A DNA stretch of 64,000 nucleotides from assembly GCA_964606165.1 (NCBI GenBank), contig CAZSFQ010000006.1, positions 3,035 to 67,034 of the forward strand, given 5' to 3'. The notes beneath the pieces are model-generated. The model was not told where the DNA came from. It worked only from the letters and a program-made list of their open reading frames with translations, and searched no databases. Shown here one piece after another: positions 44,235 through 54,294 of this stretch. Position 1 is the stretch's first letter. Every line of letters starts with the position of its first letter. This DNA is from an uncultured Mageeibacillus sp. (GTDB lineage Bacteria; Bacillota; Clostridia; Saccharofermentanales; DTU023). Made by a program: the position numbers and the translations under genes.

Positions 44235-46862
44235 TTATTTCTTGCGCGGGTACCTCAAGGCCGACTGGGCGGCTGAGAGCCGGGCGATCGGCACACGGTA
44301 GGGTGAGCATGAAACGTAGTCCAGGCCCACAATCTGGCAGAATTCAACCGAATAGGGGTCGCCGCCATGTTCACCACAGATGCCCAGTTCCAGGCCCGGC
44401 TTCGCTTTGCGCCCCAGCTCGACGGCTGTATGCATCAGCTGGCCGACACCTTCGCGGTCCAGATGGGCAGTCGGATCGGTTTCGAAAATACCGGCCTGGT
44501 AATAAGCTTCCAGGATCTTTCCGGCGTCGTCGCGCGACAGACCATAAGCCATCTGTGTCAGGTCGTTGGTCCCAAAGCTGAAGAAATCAGCCTCTTCCGC
44601 CACCTGGTCTGCTGTCAGGCAGGCGCGTGGGATCTCTATCATGGTACCGACCCAGTATTTCAGTTCCCGGCCGGATTCCTTGATCAGGCGGTCGGCGGTT
44701 GACTTGATGAAGCCGTTCAGGTAGGCCAGCTCCTTGACCTCACTGATCAGGGGAACCATGATCTCCGGCTTGACTGAAAAGCCTTCTTCCGCTGCCTGCA
44801 AGGCGGCGCCGATGATTGCCTCCGTTTGCATTTCAGCTATTTCGGGGTAGCTGACCGCCAGCCGGCAGCCCCGGTGGCCCAGCATGGGATTCAACTCATG
44901 GAGCTCGTCAATGATTTCGCACAAACGCTCATAGGCAATGCCCAGCTCTTGCGCCAACTCCTTGATCTCTTCTTCAGCCGTCGGCAGGAACTCATGCAAA
45001 GGCGGGTCCAGCAGGCGGATGATGACGGGGTAGCCGTCCATGACACGGAAGAGGCCGAGGAAGTCTTCCTGCTGCATGGGCTTGATCTTGGCAAGCGCCT
45101 TGCGCCTTTCTTCCTCTGTCCTGGCCACGATCATCTGGCGGAAGAGGAAAACGCGGTCAGCCTCAAAGAACATGTGCTCCGTCCGGGTCAGTCCGATCCC
45201 CTTGGCGCCCAGGTCGAGCGCAACCTGTGAGTCGTGCGGGGTGTCTGCGTTGGTGCGTACTTCCATATCCGCGATCTCATCGGCCCACTCCATAATGGTC
45301 TGGAAATTGCCCGACATCTCGGCTTCGCGTGTCGCGATGCTGCCTTCGTAAACCATACCGGTTGATCCGTCAAGCGAGATGAAGTCATCACAGCCATAAA
45401 CGTGGCCGTTGATAGTCATGGTCTGGGCTTTCTCATTGATCAGGGCCTCAGAACAGCCGGAAACACAACATTTCCCCATGCCGCGGGCCACAACAGCCGC
45501 ATGGGAGGTCATACCGCCCCGGGTTGTCAGGATACCTTCTGCTGCCGCCATCCCCTGGATATCTTCGGGCGACGTCTCTTCTCTCACAAGAATGACGGGC
45601 CGGCCGGCCTCCTTGGCTTCGGTCGCCTGGGCGGCTGTAAAGGCAATCTGCCCCGTCGCCGCGCCGGGTGACGCGGGCAGGCCCTTGGCGATGCGTTTGC
45701 CCGCCTCCAGCGCTTTGGGATCAAAGGCCGGGTGAAGCAGAGCGTCCAGCTGTTTGGGGTCAATGCTGAGAAGCGCCTCCTCGCGGGAGATCAAACCCTC
45801 CGCGACCAGGTCAACCGCGATCTGAAGAGCCGCGGTCGCTGTGCGCTTGCCGTTTCTTGTCTGAAGAATGAAGAGCTTGCCGTTCTCAATAGTGAACTCA
45901 AGATCCTGCATATCACCGTAGTGACGCTCCAACTGGTGGGCGATGTCAGCGAACTGCTGGTAGGCCTCCGGCATCTGCTCTGCCAGATGGTCGATGGTAA
46001 AGGGGGTGCGTACGCCGGCCACCACGTCTTCACCCTGGGCATTCATCAGGTATTCGCCGTAGAGCTTGTTCTCCCCGGTCGCGGGGTTTCGTGAAAAGGC
46101 AACACCTGTTCCCGATGTTTCGCCCATGTTGCCATAGACCATCTCCTGGACGTTTACGGCTGTTCCCCAATGGGAGGGAATGTTATGCATCTTGCGGTAA
46201 TAAACGGCGCGATCAGTATTCCAGGAGCGAAAAACTGCCTCGATGGAAAGGATCAGCTGCTCTTTGACATCCTGCGGGAAGGGTTCACCCTTTTCTCTCG
46301 CGTAGATGGCCTTGAATTCGTTTTCGATCCGCTCCAGGTCGTCGGCGTCCAGATCGAGATCGGCCTCGATGCCGCGTTCTTTTTTGACGGCCTCAAATGC
46401 CTCCTCGTAATGGCTGCGGGAGATGCCCATGACCACGTCAGAAAACATCATGATGAAGCGGCGGTAGCTGTCAAAGACAAAACGGCGGTTGCCCGAAAGC
46501 TTGGCCAATCCGGCGGCCACCTCATCGTTGAGGCCCAGATTCAGTACGGTGTCCATCATCCCGGGCATTGAGGCGCGGGCACCTGAGCGGACCGATAAAA
46601 GAAGCGGACGGCTGGGGTCGCCGAAGACCTTGCCCGTTTGCTTCTCCGTTTCCGCGAGTCTCTCAAAGATCTCATCGCGGATTTCAGGCGCGATGATCCG
46701 GTCATCCGCATAGTAACGGTTGCAGGCCTCGGTTGTTACGATGAAGCCATTGGGCACGGGCAGTCCGAGTCCGGACATCTCTGCCAGATTGGCCCCCTTG
46801 CCGCCAAGAAGGTCGCGCATGGATGCGTCGCCCTCCGAAAACATATAGACGTATTTCGTCAT
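44235..46862 (-). CDS. ppdK: pyruvate, phosphate dikinase
   Basis: MTKYVYMFSEG..., the phospho-His motif GGMTSHAAVVARGMGK and a C-terminal PEP-utilising TIM barrel. An adjacent ATG at 46865 is also possible; GGGAGG RBS. Confidence 0.95.
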   Translation of the reverse strand: MTKYVYMFSEGDASMRDLLGGKGANLAEMSGLGLPVPNGFIVTTEACNRYYADDRIIAPEIRDEIFERLAETEKQTGKVFGDPSRPLLLSVRSGARASMPGMMDTVLNLGLNDEVAAGLAKLSGNRRFVFDSYRRFIMMFSDVVMGISRSHYEEAFEAVKKERGIEADLDLDADDLERIENEFKAIYAREKGEPFPQDVKEQLILSIEAVFRSWNTDRAVYYRKMHNIPSHWGTAVNVQEMVYGNMGETSGTGVAFSRNPATGENKLYGEYLMNAQGEDVVAGVRTPFTIDHLAEQMPEAYQQFADIAHQLERHYGDMQDLEFTIENGKLFILQTRNGKRTATAALQIAVDLVAEGLISREEALLSIDPKQLDALLHPAFDPKALEAGKRIAKGLPASPGAATGQIAFTAAQATEAKEAGRPVILVREETSPEDIQGMAAAEGILTTRGGMTSHAAVVARGMGKCCVSGCSEALINEKAQTMTINGHVYGCDDFISLDGSTGMVYEGSIATREAEMSGNFQTIMEWADEIADMEVRTNADTPHDSQVALDLGAKGIGLTRTEHMFFEADRVFLFRQMIVARTEEERRKALAKIKPMQQEDFLGLFRVMDGYPVIIRLLDPPLHEFLPTAEEEIKELAQELGIAYERLCEIIDELHELNPMLGHRGCRLAVSYPEIAEMQTEAIIGAALQAAEEGFSVKPEIMVPLISEVKELAYLNGFIKSTADRLIKESGRELKYWVGTMIEIPRACLTADQVAEEADFFSFGTNDLTQMAYGLSRDDAGKILEAYYQAGIFETDPTAHLDREGVGQLMHTAVELGRKAKPGLELGICGEHGGDPYSVEFCQIVGLDYVSCSPYRVPIARLSAAQSALRYPRKK

Positions 46863-46933
46863 CATAAATCCTCCCAAATTTTTTATCCGTCAAGCGCCGG
46901 GCTTCGTACCGGCGTCATCAAGAGCAAAAGCCA

Positions 46934-48328
46934 TTACGGCAGATCAAATCTCCCCCGAAAGTAGTCCACAAGCTGGACGATGGGAAGCCGGATCTGTTCC
47001 ATTGAGTCCCGTTCCCTGATCGTCACCGACTGATCCTCCAGCGATTCAAAATCAAAAGTCACGCAGTAGGGAGTGCCGATCTCATCCTGGCGGCGGTAAC
47101 GGCGTCCGATTGACTGGCGGTCGTCGTATTCGCACCGATAATGCATGATCAGCTGGTGGTAGACCGCTTCCGCCCCCTCTTTCAATTTCCCGGACAAGGG
47201 CAAAATAGCGATCTGAACGGGAGCGAGCGAAGGCAGAAAACGCAGAAGGGTTCGAACCTCTCCATTGTCCAATTCTTCTTCGTCGTAAGCTTCCGAAAGA
47301 ATCGCCAACAAGAGGCGGTCTGTGCCAAGTGACGGTTCCACCACGTAGGGGATGTATTTTTCATTTTTTTCAGGGTCGAAATACCGCAGATCTTCTTTCG
47401 AATACTCCATGTGTTGTTTCAGGTCATAATCAGTCCTGTCGGCAATCCCCCAAAGTTCACCCCATCCGAAAGGATAGAGGTATTCAATGTCGGTTGTGGC
47501 CAGTGAGTAAAAAGAGAGCTCTTCTTTTGAGTGATCGCGCATTCTCAAATGGTCTTTCGAGATCCCCAGATCCAAAAGCCACTGGTAACAAAAATTCCGC
47601 CAATAATCAAACCACTCAAGGTCGGTTCCAGGCTCACAGAAAAACTCAAGCTCCATCTGCTCGAACTCGCGGGTCCTGAATATAAAATTGCCCGGGGTGA
47701 TTTCATTTCGAAAAGACTTACCCATCTGCGCGATGCCAAAGGGAATCTTGCGCCGGGAAGTCCGCTGGACATTGCGGAAGTTGATGAAAATTCCCTGCGC
47801 GGTTTCGGGGCGAAGGTAAAGCTGGGACAGGTTGTCTTCCGTCACGCCAAGAAATGTCTTGAACATGAGATTGAACTGGCGGACATCGGTAAAGTCGTGT
47901 TTGCCGCAAGCGGGGCAGACTATGCCGTGTTCACGGATGTAGGCCACGTATTCCTCGTTGGTCCATCCATCGGCAGAAAGGGAAAATCCCTGTTTCCTGT
48001 TCCAGTCGTCGATCAGCTGATCCGCACGCCAGCGCGTCCTGCAGTTGCGGCAGTCGATCATGGGATCGGAGAAGCCTCCGACATGACCCGAAGCGACCCA
48101 AACGTCCGGATTCATCAAAATGCTGGAATCAAGACCGACATTCAGGGGGCAGCTGTCGACAAAGCGTTTCCACCAGGCCTCTTTGATGCGCTGTTTCAGA
48201 CTGGTACCGTAAGGACCGTAATCCCAGGAGTTGGCCAGCCCCCCGTATATTTCAGAGCCCTGGTAGACGAAACCTCTGTTTCCTGCCAAGGCGACAATTT
48301 TTGCCAGGGCATGCTGCTTACTTGCCAT
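46934..48328 (-). CDS. glyQS: glycine--tRNA ligase (dimeric alpha2 type)
   Basis: Class-II motifs ([35 protein letters not shown]). 464 aa. Confidence 0.95.
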   Translation of the reverse strand: MASKQHALAKIVALAGNRGFVYQGSEIYGGLANSWDYGPYGTSLKQRIKEAWWKRFVDSCPLNVGLDSSILMNPDVWVASGHVGGFSDPMIDCRNCRTRWRADQLIDDWNRKQGFSLSADGWTNEEYVAYIREHGIVCPACGKHDFTDVRQFNLMFKTFLGVTEDNLSQLYLRPETAQGIFINFRNVQRTSRRKIPFGIAQMGKSFRNEITPGNFIFRTREFEQMELEFFCEPGTDLEWFDYWRNFCYQWLLDLGISKDHLRMRDHSKEELSFYSLATTDIEYLYPFGWGELWGIADRTDYDLKQHMEYSKEDLRYFDPEKNEKYIPYVVEPSLGTDRLLLAILSEAYDEEELDNGEVRTLLRFLPSLAPVQIAILPLSGKLKEGAEAVYHQLIMHYRCEYDDRQSIGRRYRRQDEIGTPYCVTFDFESLEDQSVTIRERDSMEQIRLPIVQLVDYFRGRFDLP

Positions 48329-48369
48329 TCCTACTCCCGTTTATCCTGCTTTTGGAACCAATCGAAATT

Positions 48370-48855
48370 TTATTCCTCAGCCTCCGCGCTTTCAACCGCC
48401 TCAGCCGGCTCCTCTTCGGCCTTGCGTTCTTCTTCCTCCAGCTGGGCCACATGGCTGATCAGTTGTTCGGCAATACGTGAGGCGTCGGCCGCGGAAATAC
48501 CCACCTGCTCGAACACATCCTCGCCCGGCAAGCGGTCGATCTGGCGCATCATGCGGCTTTGTTCTTCCAGGCGCTCTTCTTCTTCCTTGGCGCGCGCCTC
48601 TCTCAGCGCGGCTTCCCGGGCAGCGATAATCAGGGGGTGTTCGGGGATAATGACATCCCATTTCCCGTAGCGGTATACAACGGACCCGGCGCCGATCTCT
48701 TCACTGGCCAGTGTGACCGGGTTAGGTGTTTCCGTCTCAAAGGTGGGACAGGCACCAGAGGTCAGTTGGCGTGCCCGGCGCGCTGCCAGCATGGCCAGGA
48801 CATATCTGTTCTCGGCCAGCGGCAATAATGACTCAGTCGATGGTTGTGTCAGCAT
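48370..48855 (-). CDS. rpoZ: DNA-directed RNA polymerase subunit omega with a long acidic C-terminal extension
   Basis: The N-terminal 70 aa are RpoZ-like (ESLLPLAENRYVLAMLAARRARQL). The remaining roughly 90 aa are E/A/R-rich. Confidence 0.8.
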   Translation of the reverse strand: MLTQPSTESLLPLAENRYVLAMLAARRARQLTSGACPTFETETPNPVTLASEEIGAGSVVYRYGKWDVIIPEHPLIIAAREAALREARAKEEEERLEEQSRMMRQIDRLPGEDVFEQVGISAADASRIAEQLISHVAQLEEEERKAEEEPAEAVESAEAEE

Positions 48856-48936
48856 GAATAGCTCCTATTCGAAGAAGACCGCGGTCTTCTGTCAATTTCA
48901 TCTCGAAAAAATCGATAACCTCATGGATTATACCTT

Positions 48937-49557
48937 TCAAAGGTCGCACTCGTCAACAAAAAATCTCAAGGTACGGCGTTTCTCCGCTTTCATGATGGCG
49001 CTGACATGGGCAGCGGCTTCCTCGATGACGTCATTGACCACCCAGTAATCGAAAAGATTTATCCGGGCCAGCTCCTCCCTTGCCGTCTCGAGCCGCTTGT
49101 CAATTTCCCCCGCCGATTCCGTCCCCCTTTTCAGCAACCGTTGACGCAAGGCCTCCTCGGTTGACGCGGTAATGAATATGATGACAGCTTCCGGACAGTT
49201 TCCTTTTAGCTCAAGCGCCCCTTTCACAGTCAAGTCAAGCAGGATATCAAGATTTTGCCCGGCCATCCGCTCAATCGGCGCCCGCGGCGTCCCGTAGTAT
49301 TCGCCGCAATAGCTGTCGTACTCAAGGATCTCACCACTGCGGATCAATTCCTCAAATTGTTCTTTCGTCGTGAAGAAATAGGATAGGCCGTCCTCTTCGT
49401 CTTTACGGGGAAGGCGGGTCGTCATGGAAACGGAGTGATAGCGCCGGGGGTCTTCCCTTCTCAATTCGTCGATGATCGAGTTCTTGCCAACACCCGACGG
49501 TCCCGACAAAACAACAAGCAGGCCACGCTCTTCCAGACTGTGTTCATAGCTGATCAT
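48937..49557 (-). CDS. gmk: guanylate kinase
   Basis: P-loop GPSGVGKNS, plus TTRLPR and YYGTP. Confidence 0.95.
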   Translation of the reverse strand: MISYEHSLEERGLLVVLSGPSGVGKNSIIDELRREDPRRYHSVSMTTRLPRKDEEDGLSYFFTTKEQFEELIRSGEILEYDSYCGEYYGTPRAPIERMAGQNLDILLDLTVKGALELKGNCPEAVIIFITASTEEALRQRLLKRGTESAGEIDKRLETAREELARINLFDYWVVNDVIEEAAAHVSAIMKAEKRRTLRFFVDECDL

Positions 49558-49810
49558 GGCAGTCCTCTCCTGTCTTTATGACATCCAGCTGGAGGTCATC
49601 CGTTTCCACGGCAGACAGGACCACGTGGTCGCTGTCCATGACCAGGACCGAGCGTGTACGCTTACCACCGGTCGCGTCTATGAGGGCGAAGCGTTCGCGC
49701 GCATCCTGAACCAGGCGCCTGGCCGGCGCGGAGTCAGATGTCACCACAGCGATCAGGCGCGCCTTGGCGATGTAGTTACCGTATCCGATTGGAATCATTT
49801 CGTAGGCCAT
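49544..49810 (-). CDS. remA: RemA/DUF370 family regulator
   Basis: IGYGNYIAKARLIAVVTSDSAPARRL...DATGGKRTRSVLVMDSDHVVLSA. Confidence 0.9.
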   Translation of the reverse strand: MAYEMIPIGYGNYIAKARLIAVVTSDSAPARRLVQDARERFALIDATGGKRTRSVLVMDSDHVVLSAVETDDLQLDVIKTGEDCHDQL

Positions 49811-49819
49811 CAGTCACCT

Positions 49820-50707
49820 CTATTCAATATTTTGAACCTGTTCACGGATTTTTTCGAGCAGGGTTTTTGAGGCGACAACCGCCTGGGTCAAGTCAAGGTC
49901 GTTTGCCTTTGATCCGATCGTATTGATTTCCCGAAAAATCTCCTGGATCAAAAAATCAAGCTGCCGGCCGACAGGAAGATCGGAACCCAATGCCCCACTC
50001 AAAGCGTCCAGATGGGCGCGGAGCCGGATGATCTCCTCGTCGATGGAGGAGCGGTCGGCAAAGAGGGCTGTCTCTGCAAAAAGACGCTGATCACTGTACC
50101 ACTCCGGCCGGTTCTCCTCCAACAATTCTTCAGCCCTTTGAAACAACTTTTCACGGTAAATCTCCGGTATGGCAGGCGCTCTCCGGGCGATGGATGCGAT
50201 ATGCGACCGCAATTCCTCCGTTTTTTCCAGCAGATCATGGGCAAGACGCCGGCCTTCTGTGGCCCGTGCCTTGTTCAATTCCTTGAGCGCCTCACTGAGC
50301 GCTTCTTTGATTTGCTCAGCCAGAAGCGCGTCATCTTCATGGTCATCACTGATTGTCAGGACGCCGGTCTGGCTCGCGATGTAGCTGACCTTATCCTTGC
50401 AGGATTCGCCCGTCACAGCCTCAAGCCGGTTCAGGGCGTCCAAAAAAGCCCCCGCCAGCGATTCGTCAAGAGAAACCTTATGCGCGGGCGCCTGTCCCGG
50501 CTCCTCTGTCATCCGGATGTCAACCCGGCCACGTCCAAGCTGCTCCTGTGAAAGAGAACGGATCAGGGCCTCAAAGGCAGCATAGCGGGCTGGAATGCGG
50601 ACGGAAATATCAAGATAACGGTGGTTGACCGAACGGCACTCGATCCGGATGGAGCGCCCGGCCCTGCTGGAAACACCCTCACCATAGCCGGTCATACTCT
50701 TGGGCAT
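49820..50707 (-). CDS. yicC: YicC/YloC family endoribonuclease
   Basis: MTGYGEG...RSVNHRYLD... at the N-terminus and EIFREINTIGSKAND at the C-terminus. Confidence 0.9.
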   Translation of the reverse strand: MPKSMTGYGEGVSSRAGRSIRIECRSVNHRYLDISVRIPARYAAFEALIRSLSQEQLGRGRVDIRMTEEPGQAPAHKVSLDESLAGAFLDALNRLEAVTGESCKDKVSYIASQTGVLTISDDHEDDALLAEQIKEALSEALKELNKARATEGRRLAHDLLEKTEELRSHIASIARRAPAIPEIYREKLFQRAEELLEENRPEWYSDQRLFAETALFADRSSIDEEIIRLRAHLDALSGALGSDLPVGRQLDFLIQEIFREINTIGSKANDLDLTQAVVASKTLLEKIREQVQNIE

Positions 50708-50708
50708 C

Positions 50709-51464
50709 TTATCCCTCTCTTTCAGCGGTCACGGCAAAGAGCCCGTCCTCCCCGATCAGGAGGGGGCAAAAGCCGATCTGATCGGATGCCACCATTATAT
50801 AACGGATGCCCTCAATAGTTGGGCGACTGTCGTAAAAGGGAACATCGTGATGAATGTGTCCAAAGAGGCAGAGATCGATCTCTCCTTCCTTCAGCAGATC
50901 GCTCAGGCCGGAACCTGCTCCCTTTTCCGAAATAGGGGGATAGTGCATCAGGGCGACGGTTCCAGGCTCCAGTCCTTGGTCTTTTCGCAGCCGCTTGAGG
51001 GCCCGGATGGAAAGCTCAAGACGGACGATTTCCCGCTTGTAGATCTTCTGATCCTTGGCCGAAAATTCCTCATCGGACGGAAGCAGCCAGCCCCGCGTCC
51101 CACATAGATAGAAGCCAGCCACCATGCAGGCGTCATTGCGAAGGAAGCGAAGTGTCGTCAAAGCATGGCGCTCACAGAAGGCTTCCAGCTTGCGGATCGT
51201 TGTCCACCAGTAATCGTGATTGCCCCTGAGCAGTATTTTTTCCCCCGGCAGTGAATTGATCAGGGCCAGGTCAGTCAGGGCTTCTTCCAAAGAACTGGCC
51301 CAGGATATGTCACCGCCCACAAGCACCGTATCCTGCGGGCTGACCATGTCTGTCCAGTTTTTTACAATCCGGTCCACATGGCGGTCCCAGCGCGGGCCGA
51401 AAATGTCCATGGGTTTGTCGACTGAGCCAGCCAGATGGAGATCCGCCAGGGCGAACAGCTTCAT
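50709..51464 (-). CDS. metallophosphoesterase family protein
   Basis: LADLHL, GGDISW, GNHDYWW and FGHIHH. It overlaps uvrC by 4 nt. Confidence 0.8.
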   Translation of the reverse strand: MKLFALADLHLAGSVDKPMDIFGPRWDRHVDRIVKNWTDMVSPQDTVLVGGDISWASSLEEALTDLALINSLPGEKILLRGNHDYWWTTIRKLEAFCERHALTTLRFLRNDACMVAGFYLCGTRGWLLPSDEEFSAKDQKIYKREIVRLELSIRALKRLRKDQGLEPGTVALMHYPPISEKGAGSGLSDLLKEGEIDLCLFGHIHHDVPFYDSRPTIEGIRYIMVASDQIGFCPLLIGEDGLFAVTAEREG

Positions 51465-53383
51465 TTATCGTCTCCTTTCGGCTCCTCTTCTTCGTGAAAA
51501 TGCCGGTAGACCGCCTCCGCGACAGGGAGGGGAAGTCCCGGTACAGCCGCTAATTCAACCAAAGAAACTTCGGATATTTTTTTTGTAGACCCAAATGCGT
51601 TAAGCAAGGCCTTGCGGCGCGCTGGTCCAACACCCTCGATTGTTTCCAGCTTATACCGCTTGGCCCGCTTATGCCTCCGCTGTTCATTATGCCGGAAGGC
51701 GAACCGGTGCGCCTCATCCTGAATGGAAGTAAGAAGGTGGAGCAAACCGAGCCTTCGGGCCCGCTCCTGCTCTGTTTCCTTGGCCAGTTCTTTCCCGGGA
51801 ATGGCGGTGGAGGCCAGCCCGATGATCTCCCCGGTTCTCAGAACCAGCCCACGCGTCCGGTGCCGGTCGTCCTTGACCACACCGGCAAGCGGCAGGCCGA
51901 AATCGTCGGCCAGCGGGGCGCAGCTTGAGACATGACCGCGGCCGCCGTCAAGAAGAATCAAATCGGGACGGCTCCCGAACTGCTGGTCAGCAAGTCTGGT
52001 CAAGCGCCTCTCCAATACTTCTTTCATGGATTGGTAGTCATCAATCCCCTCAAAGCCCTTGATTGTGAAATGCCTGTAAGAAGAGCGTTCGGGGCGGCCA
52101 TGCCGAAAGACTACCATGGAACCCGACCGGTCGCCTCCCCCGAAATGGGAGATATCGTAGGCCTCGATTCTTATGGGGGCGCCAACCGTACCGGTCAGGT
52201 CACCCAGATACTGCAGCGTCGCTTCAATGGCTTGCGGGTCCGAACCCCGTGCCAGCGCCCTTCTTTCCAGCGCCTGATCGGCATTGTGCCGCGCCATGTC
52301 AATCAGGGACTTCTTTGAGCCGCGTTGCGGCCGGACAAGGCTGACCGCCCCGCCCCGCCGCTGCCGGAGCAGCTCGCCAATCAAGGCCTGGTCGGGAAGT
52401 GGGGACGGGACCAGAATCTCACGGGGCACCTGGCCCCGGACCCGGTATTGTTCACGGATGAAGGAGGCCAGGTAATCGCCGTCATCACCACCCCCATCCT
52501 GGGCAAAAACGTGGACACATCCTGTTACACGGCCGTCACGGATCTCCATTTTTGAGATGGCCACTTCGTTGCCATTGCGGGCAAGCGCGAGCGCGTCACG
52601 GTCCCCACCGCGCTGGTCGACAACACGCTGCTCTTCACGAAGCCGCGCCAAGGCCTGCCATCTGCCGCGGAGCCGCGCCGCCTTCTCGTAATCCAGAACT
52701 TCCGCCGCCTCAGCCATCTCCACCTGGAAGCTCTTGATCAGCTCATCCGTCCGGCCGTCCAGGAATTGGATCACCTCGTCAACCAGGGCGCGATAGTCCT
52801 CCTTGGAGATAAAGCCCGCACAGGGCGCAAGGCAGCGCCCGATATGGTAATTCAAGCAAGGCCGCTCCTTACCGATGTCACGCGGCAGATCGCGCGAACA
52901 GGTCCGGAGCGGAAATACAGCTTCGAGCACCTTCAGGGCACGGTTGATGTCTCCAGCCAGCCAGGGTCCATAATAACGCGCCCCTTCCTCCGCGTCATCA
53001 CCGACACGAAAAGCCTTCATGACACGGGGGAAATCTTCCTGCAAGGTGACGCGGATATAGGGATACTCCTTGTCATCGCGCATCAGGATATTGTAAGGGG
53101 GCTGGTACTGTTTGATCAGGTTCGCCTCAAGGATGAGGGCCTCCAGCTCGTTGGCGCACAGAATCGTATCATAGGAAGCGATTTTGGCAATCATGGAGGC
53201 GATCCGGCGATCGACTGCCGGTGTGGGAGTAAAATAATTTCTCAGGCGCTGGCGCAGGGAATTTGCCTTGCCCACATATAAAACAGAACCCGAAGCATCA
53301 CGCATCAGGTAGACGCCGGGTTCTTCGGGCACCAGATCAAGTTGTGCCTTGAATTCGTTTTTTTGCCTGGTCTGTCCTGTCAT
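51461..53383 (-). CDS. uvrC: excinuclease ABC subunit C
   Basis: GIY-YIG domain (GVYLMRDASGSVLYVGKA), a UVR domain, an endonuclease V-like domain and C-terminal HhH motifs. Confidence 0.95.
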   Translation of the reverse strand: MTGQTRQKNEFKAQLDLVPEEPGVYLMRDASGSVLYVGKANSLRQRLRNYFTPTPAVDRRIASMIAKIASYDTILCANELEALILEANLIKQYQPPYNILMRDDKEYPYIRVTLQEDFPRVMKAFRVGDDAEEGARYYGPWLAGDINRALKVLEAVFPLRTCSRDLPRDIGKERPCLNYHIGRCLAPCAGFISKEDYRALVDEVIQFLDGRTDELIKSFQVEMAEAAEVLDYEKAARLRGRWQALARLREEQRVVDQRGGDRDALALARNGNEVAISKMEIRDGRVTGCVHVFAQDGGGDDGDYLASFIREQYRVRGQVPREILVPSPLPDQALIGELLRQRRGGAVSLVRPQRGSKKSLIDMARHNADQALERRALARGSDPQAIEATLQYLGDLTGTVGAPIRIEAYDISHFGGGDRSGSMVVFRHGRPERSSYRHFTIKGFEGIDDYQSMKEVLERRLTRLADQQFGSRPDLILLDGGRGHVSSCAPLADDFGLPLAGVVKDDRHRTRGLVLRTGEIIGLASTAIPGKELAKETEQERARRLGLLHLLTSIQDEAHRFAFRHNEQRRHKRAKRYKLETIEGVGPARRKALLNAFGSTKKISEVSLVELAAVPGLPLPVAEAVYRHFHEEEEPKGDDK

Positions 53384-53437
53384 TCGGGAGACAAACTCCT
53401 TTTGTCACCCGCCGCTGACTCCAAAGACTGGCGCCCA

Positions 53438-53698
53438 TCAGGGCGTGGCAGGTTCCATGTAACCTCTCAATTCGCAGATGGCGTTTTCGCCGTCGGTGCC
53501 GTCAACTGAAATTTCCAGATGATCACCATCCGAGATCCCCAGCGACAATACTCCCAGCAAACTTTTCGCGTTGGCACGCCGTCCGCCCTTACCGATGTAA
53601 ATGCTGGCACTGTAGCCGGAAGAAATCTGAATCAGCATGGCTATTGCTTTCATCAAAGATTCTTCTTTACATCGAAAGATGACATCTTCTTTCATCAT
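53438..53698 (-). CDS. HPr-family protein lacking the His15 phosphorylation site (Ser46 region retained)
   Basis: RRANAKSLLGVLSLGISDGDHLEISVDGTDGENA aligns with the HPr Ser46 region. Where HPr has GIHARPA this protein has SLMKAIA. ATG at 53698 with a GGAGGA RBS. Confidence 0.7.
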   Translation of the reverse strand: MMKEDVIFRCKEESLMKAIAMLIQISSGYSASIYIGKGGRRANAKSLLGVLSLGISDGDHLEISVDGTDGENAICELRGYMEPATP

Positions 53699-53751
53699 GG
53701 CGATCCTCCGCAAGACGTGTCGGTCACGGTCCCTCTAGTCGGGTACTTAGA

Positions 53752-53781
53752 ATTGTATGAACTAAGTATGACAAATGTCAA
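53752..53781 (-). promoter_or_regulatory. promoter candidate for the HPr-like gene
   Basis: On the minus strand: TTGACA (53776-53781), 18 nt, then TACAAT (53752-53757). Confidence 0.55.
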
Positions 53782-53826
53782 CCATAGTTTGACCAGCATG
53801 CAACCAATCCAAGCCGCATTTTTTGT

Positions 53827-54294
53827 TCATTCCTCTAAATCCCCCGAAAGCCGGCCAGCCATGAGAATCGCCGCCTCACCTGTGTCTGCGTAGTAGCCGC
53901 GGCGTTTCCCGACCTCGACAAAGCCGCATGATTCATAAAGATGGCGGGCAGCCAGGTTGCCCTCCCTCACCTCAAGAATCCAGGTGTGGCAGCCCCGCCT
54001 GACTGCCTCTTCCCTCAATCCATCCATTAAAAGATGGCCCAGTCCCCTGTTTCTGCGTTTGGGCGTAACCGCGATGTTGAGAATTTCGAACTCACCGGAT
54101 AAAAACCTGCCTGCCGCAAAACCGGCCGGCGCCCCTGGCATGTCCTGGCGGCACACAAGAATCAGGATCGCCTCCCTGCCCGTGATGCAATCCCCCAAGG
54201 CCTCTTGAGGCCATGGGATGGCGTGGGACGCCCGATCGATCCTCACAATCGATTCGAGGTCGGACAAGGCCGCCTTACGTACCTTCCACTTCAT
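53827..54294 (-). CDS. rimI: ribosomal-protein-alanine N-acetyltransferase RimI
   Basis: GNAT fold (RRNRGLGHLLM) in the conserved tsaE-tsaB-rimI context. I chose the ATG at 54294 (MKWKVRKA...). Confidence 0.8.
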   Translation of the reverse strand: MKWKVRKAALSDLESIVRIDRASHAIPWPQEALGDCITGREAILILVCRQDMPGAPAGFAAGRFLSGEFEILNIAVTPKRRNRGLGHLLMDGLREEAVRRGCHTWILEVREGNLAARHLYESCGFVEVGKRRGYYADTGEAAILMAGRLSGDLEE

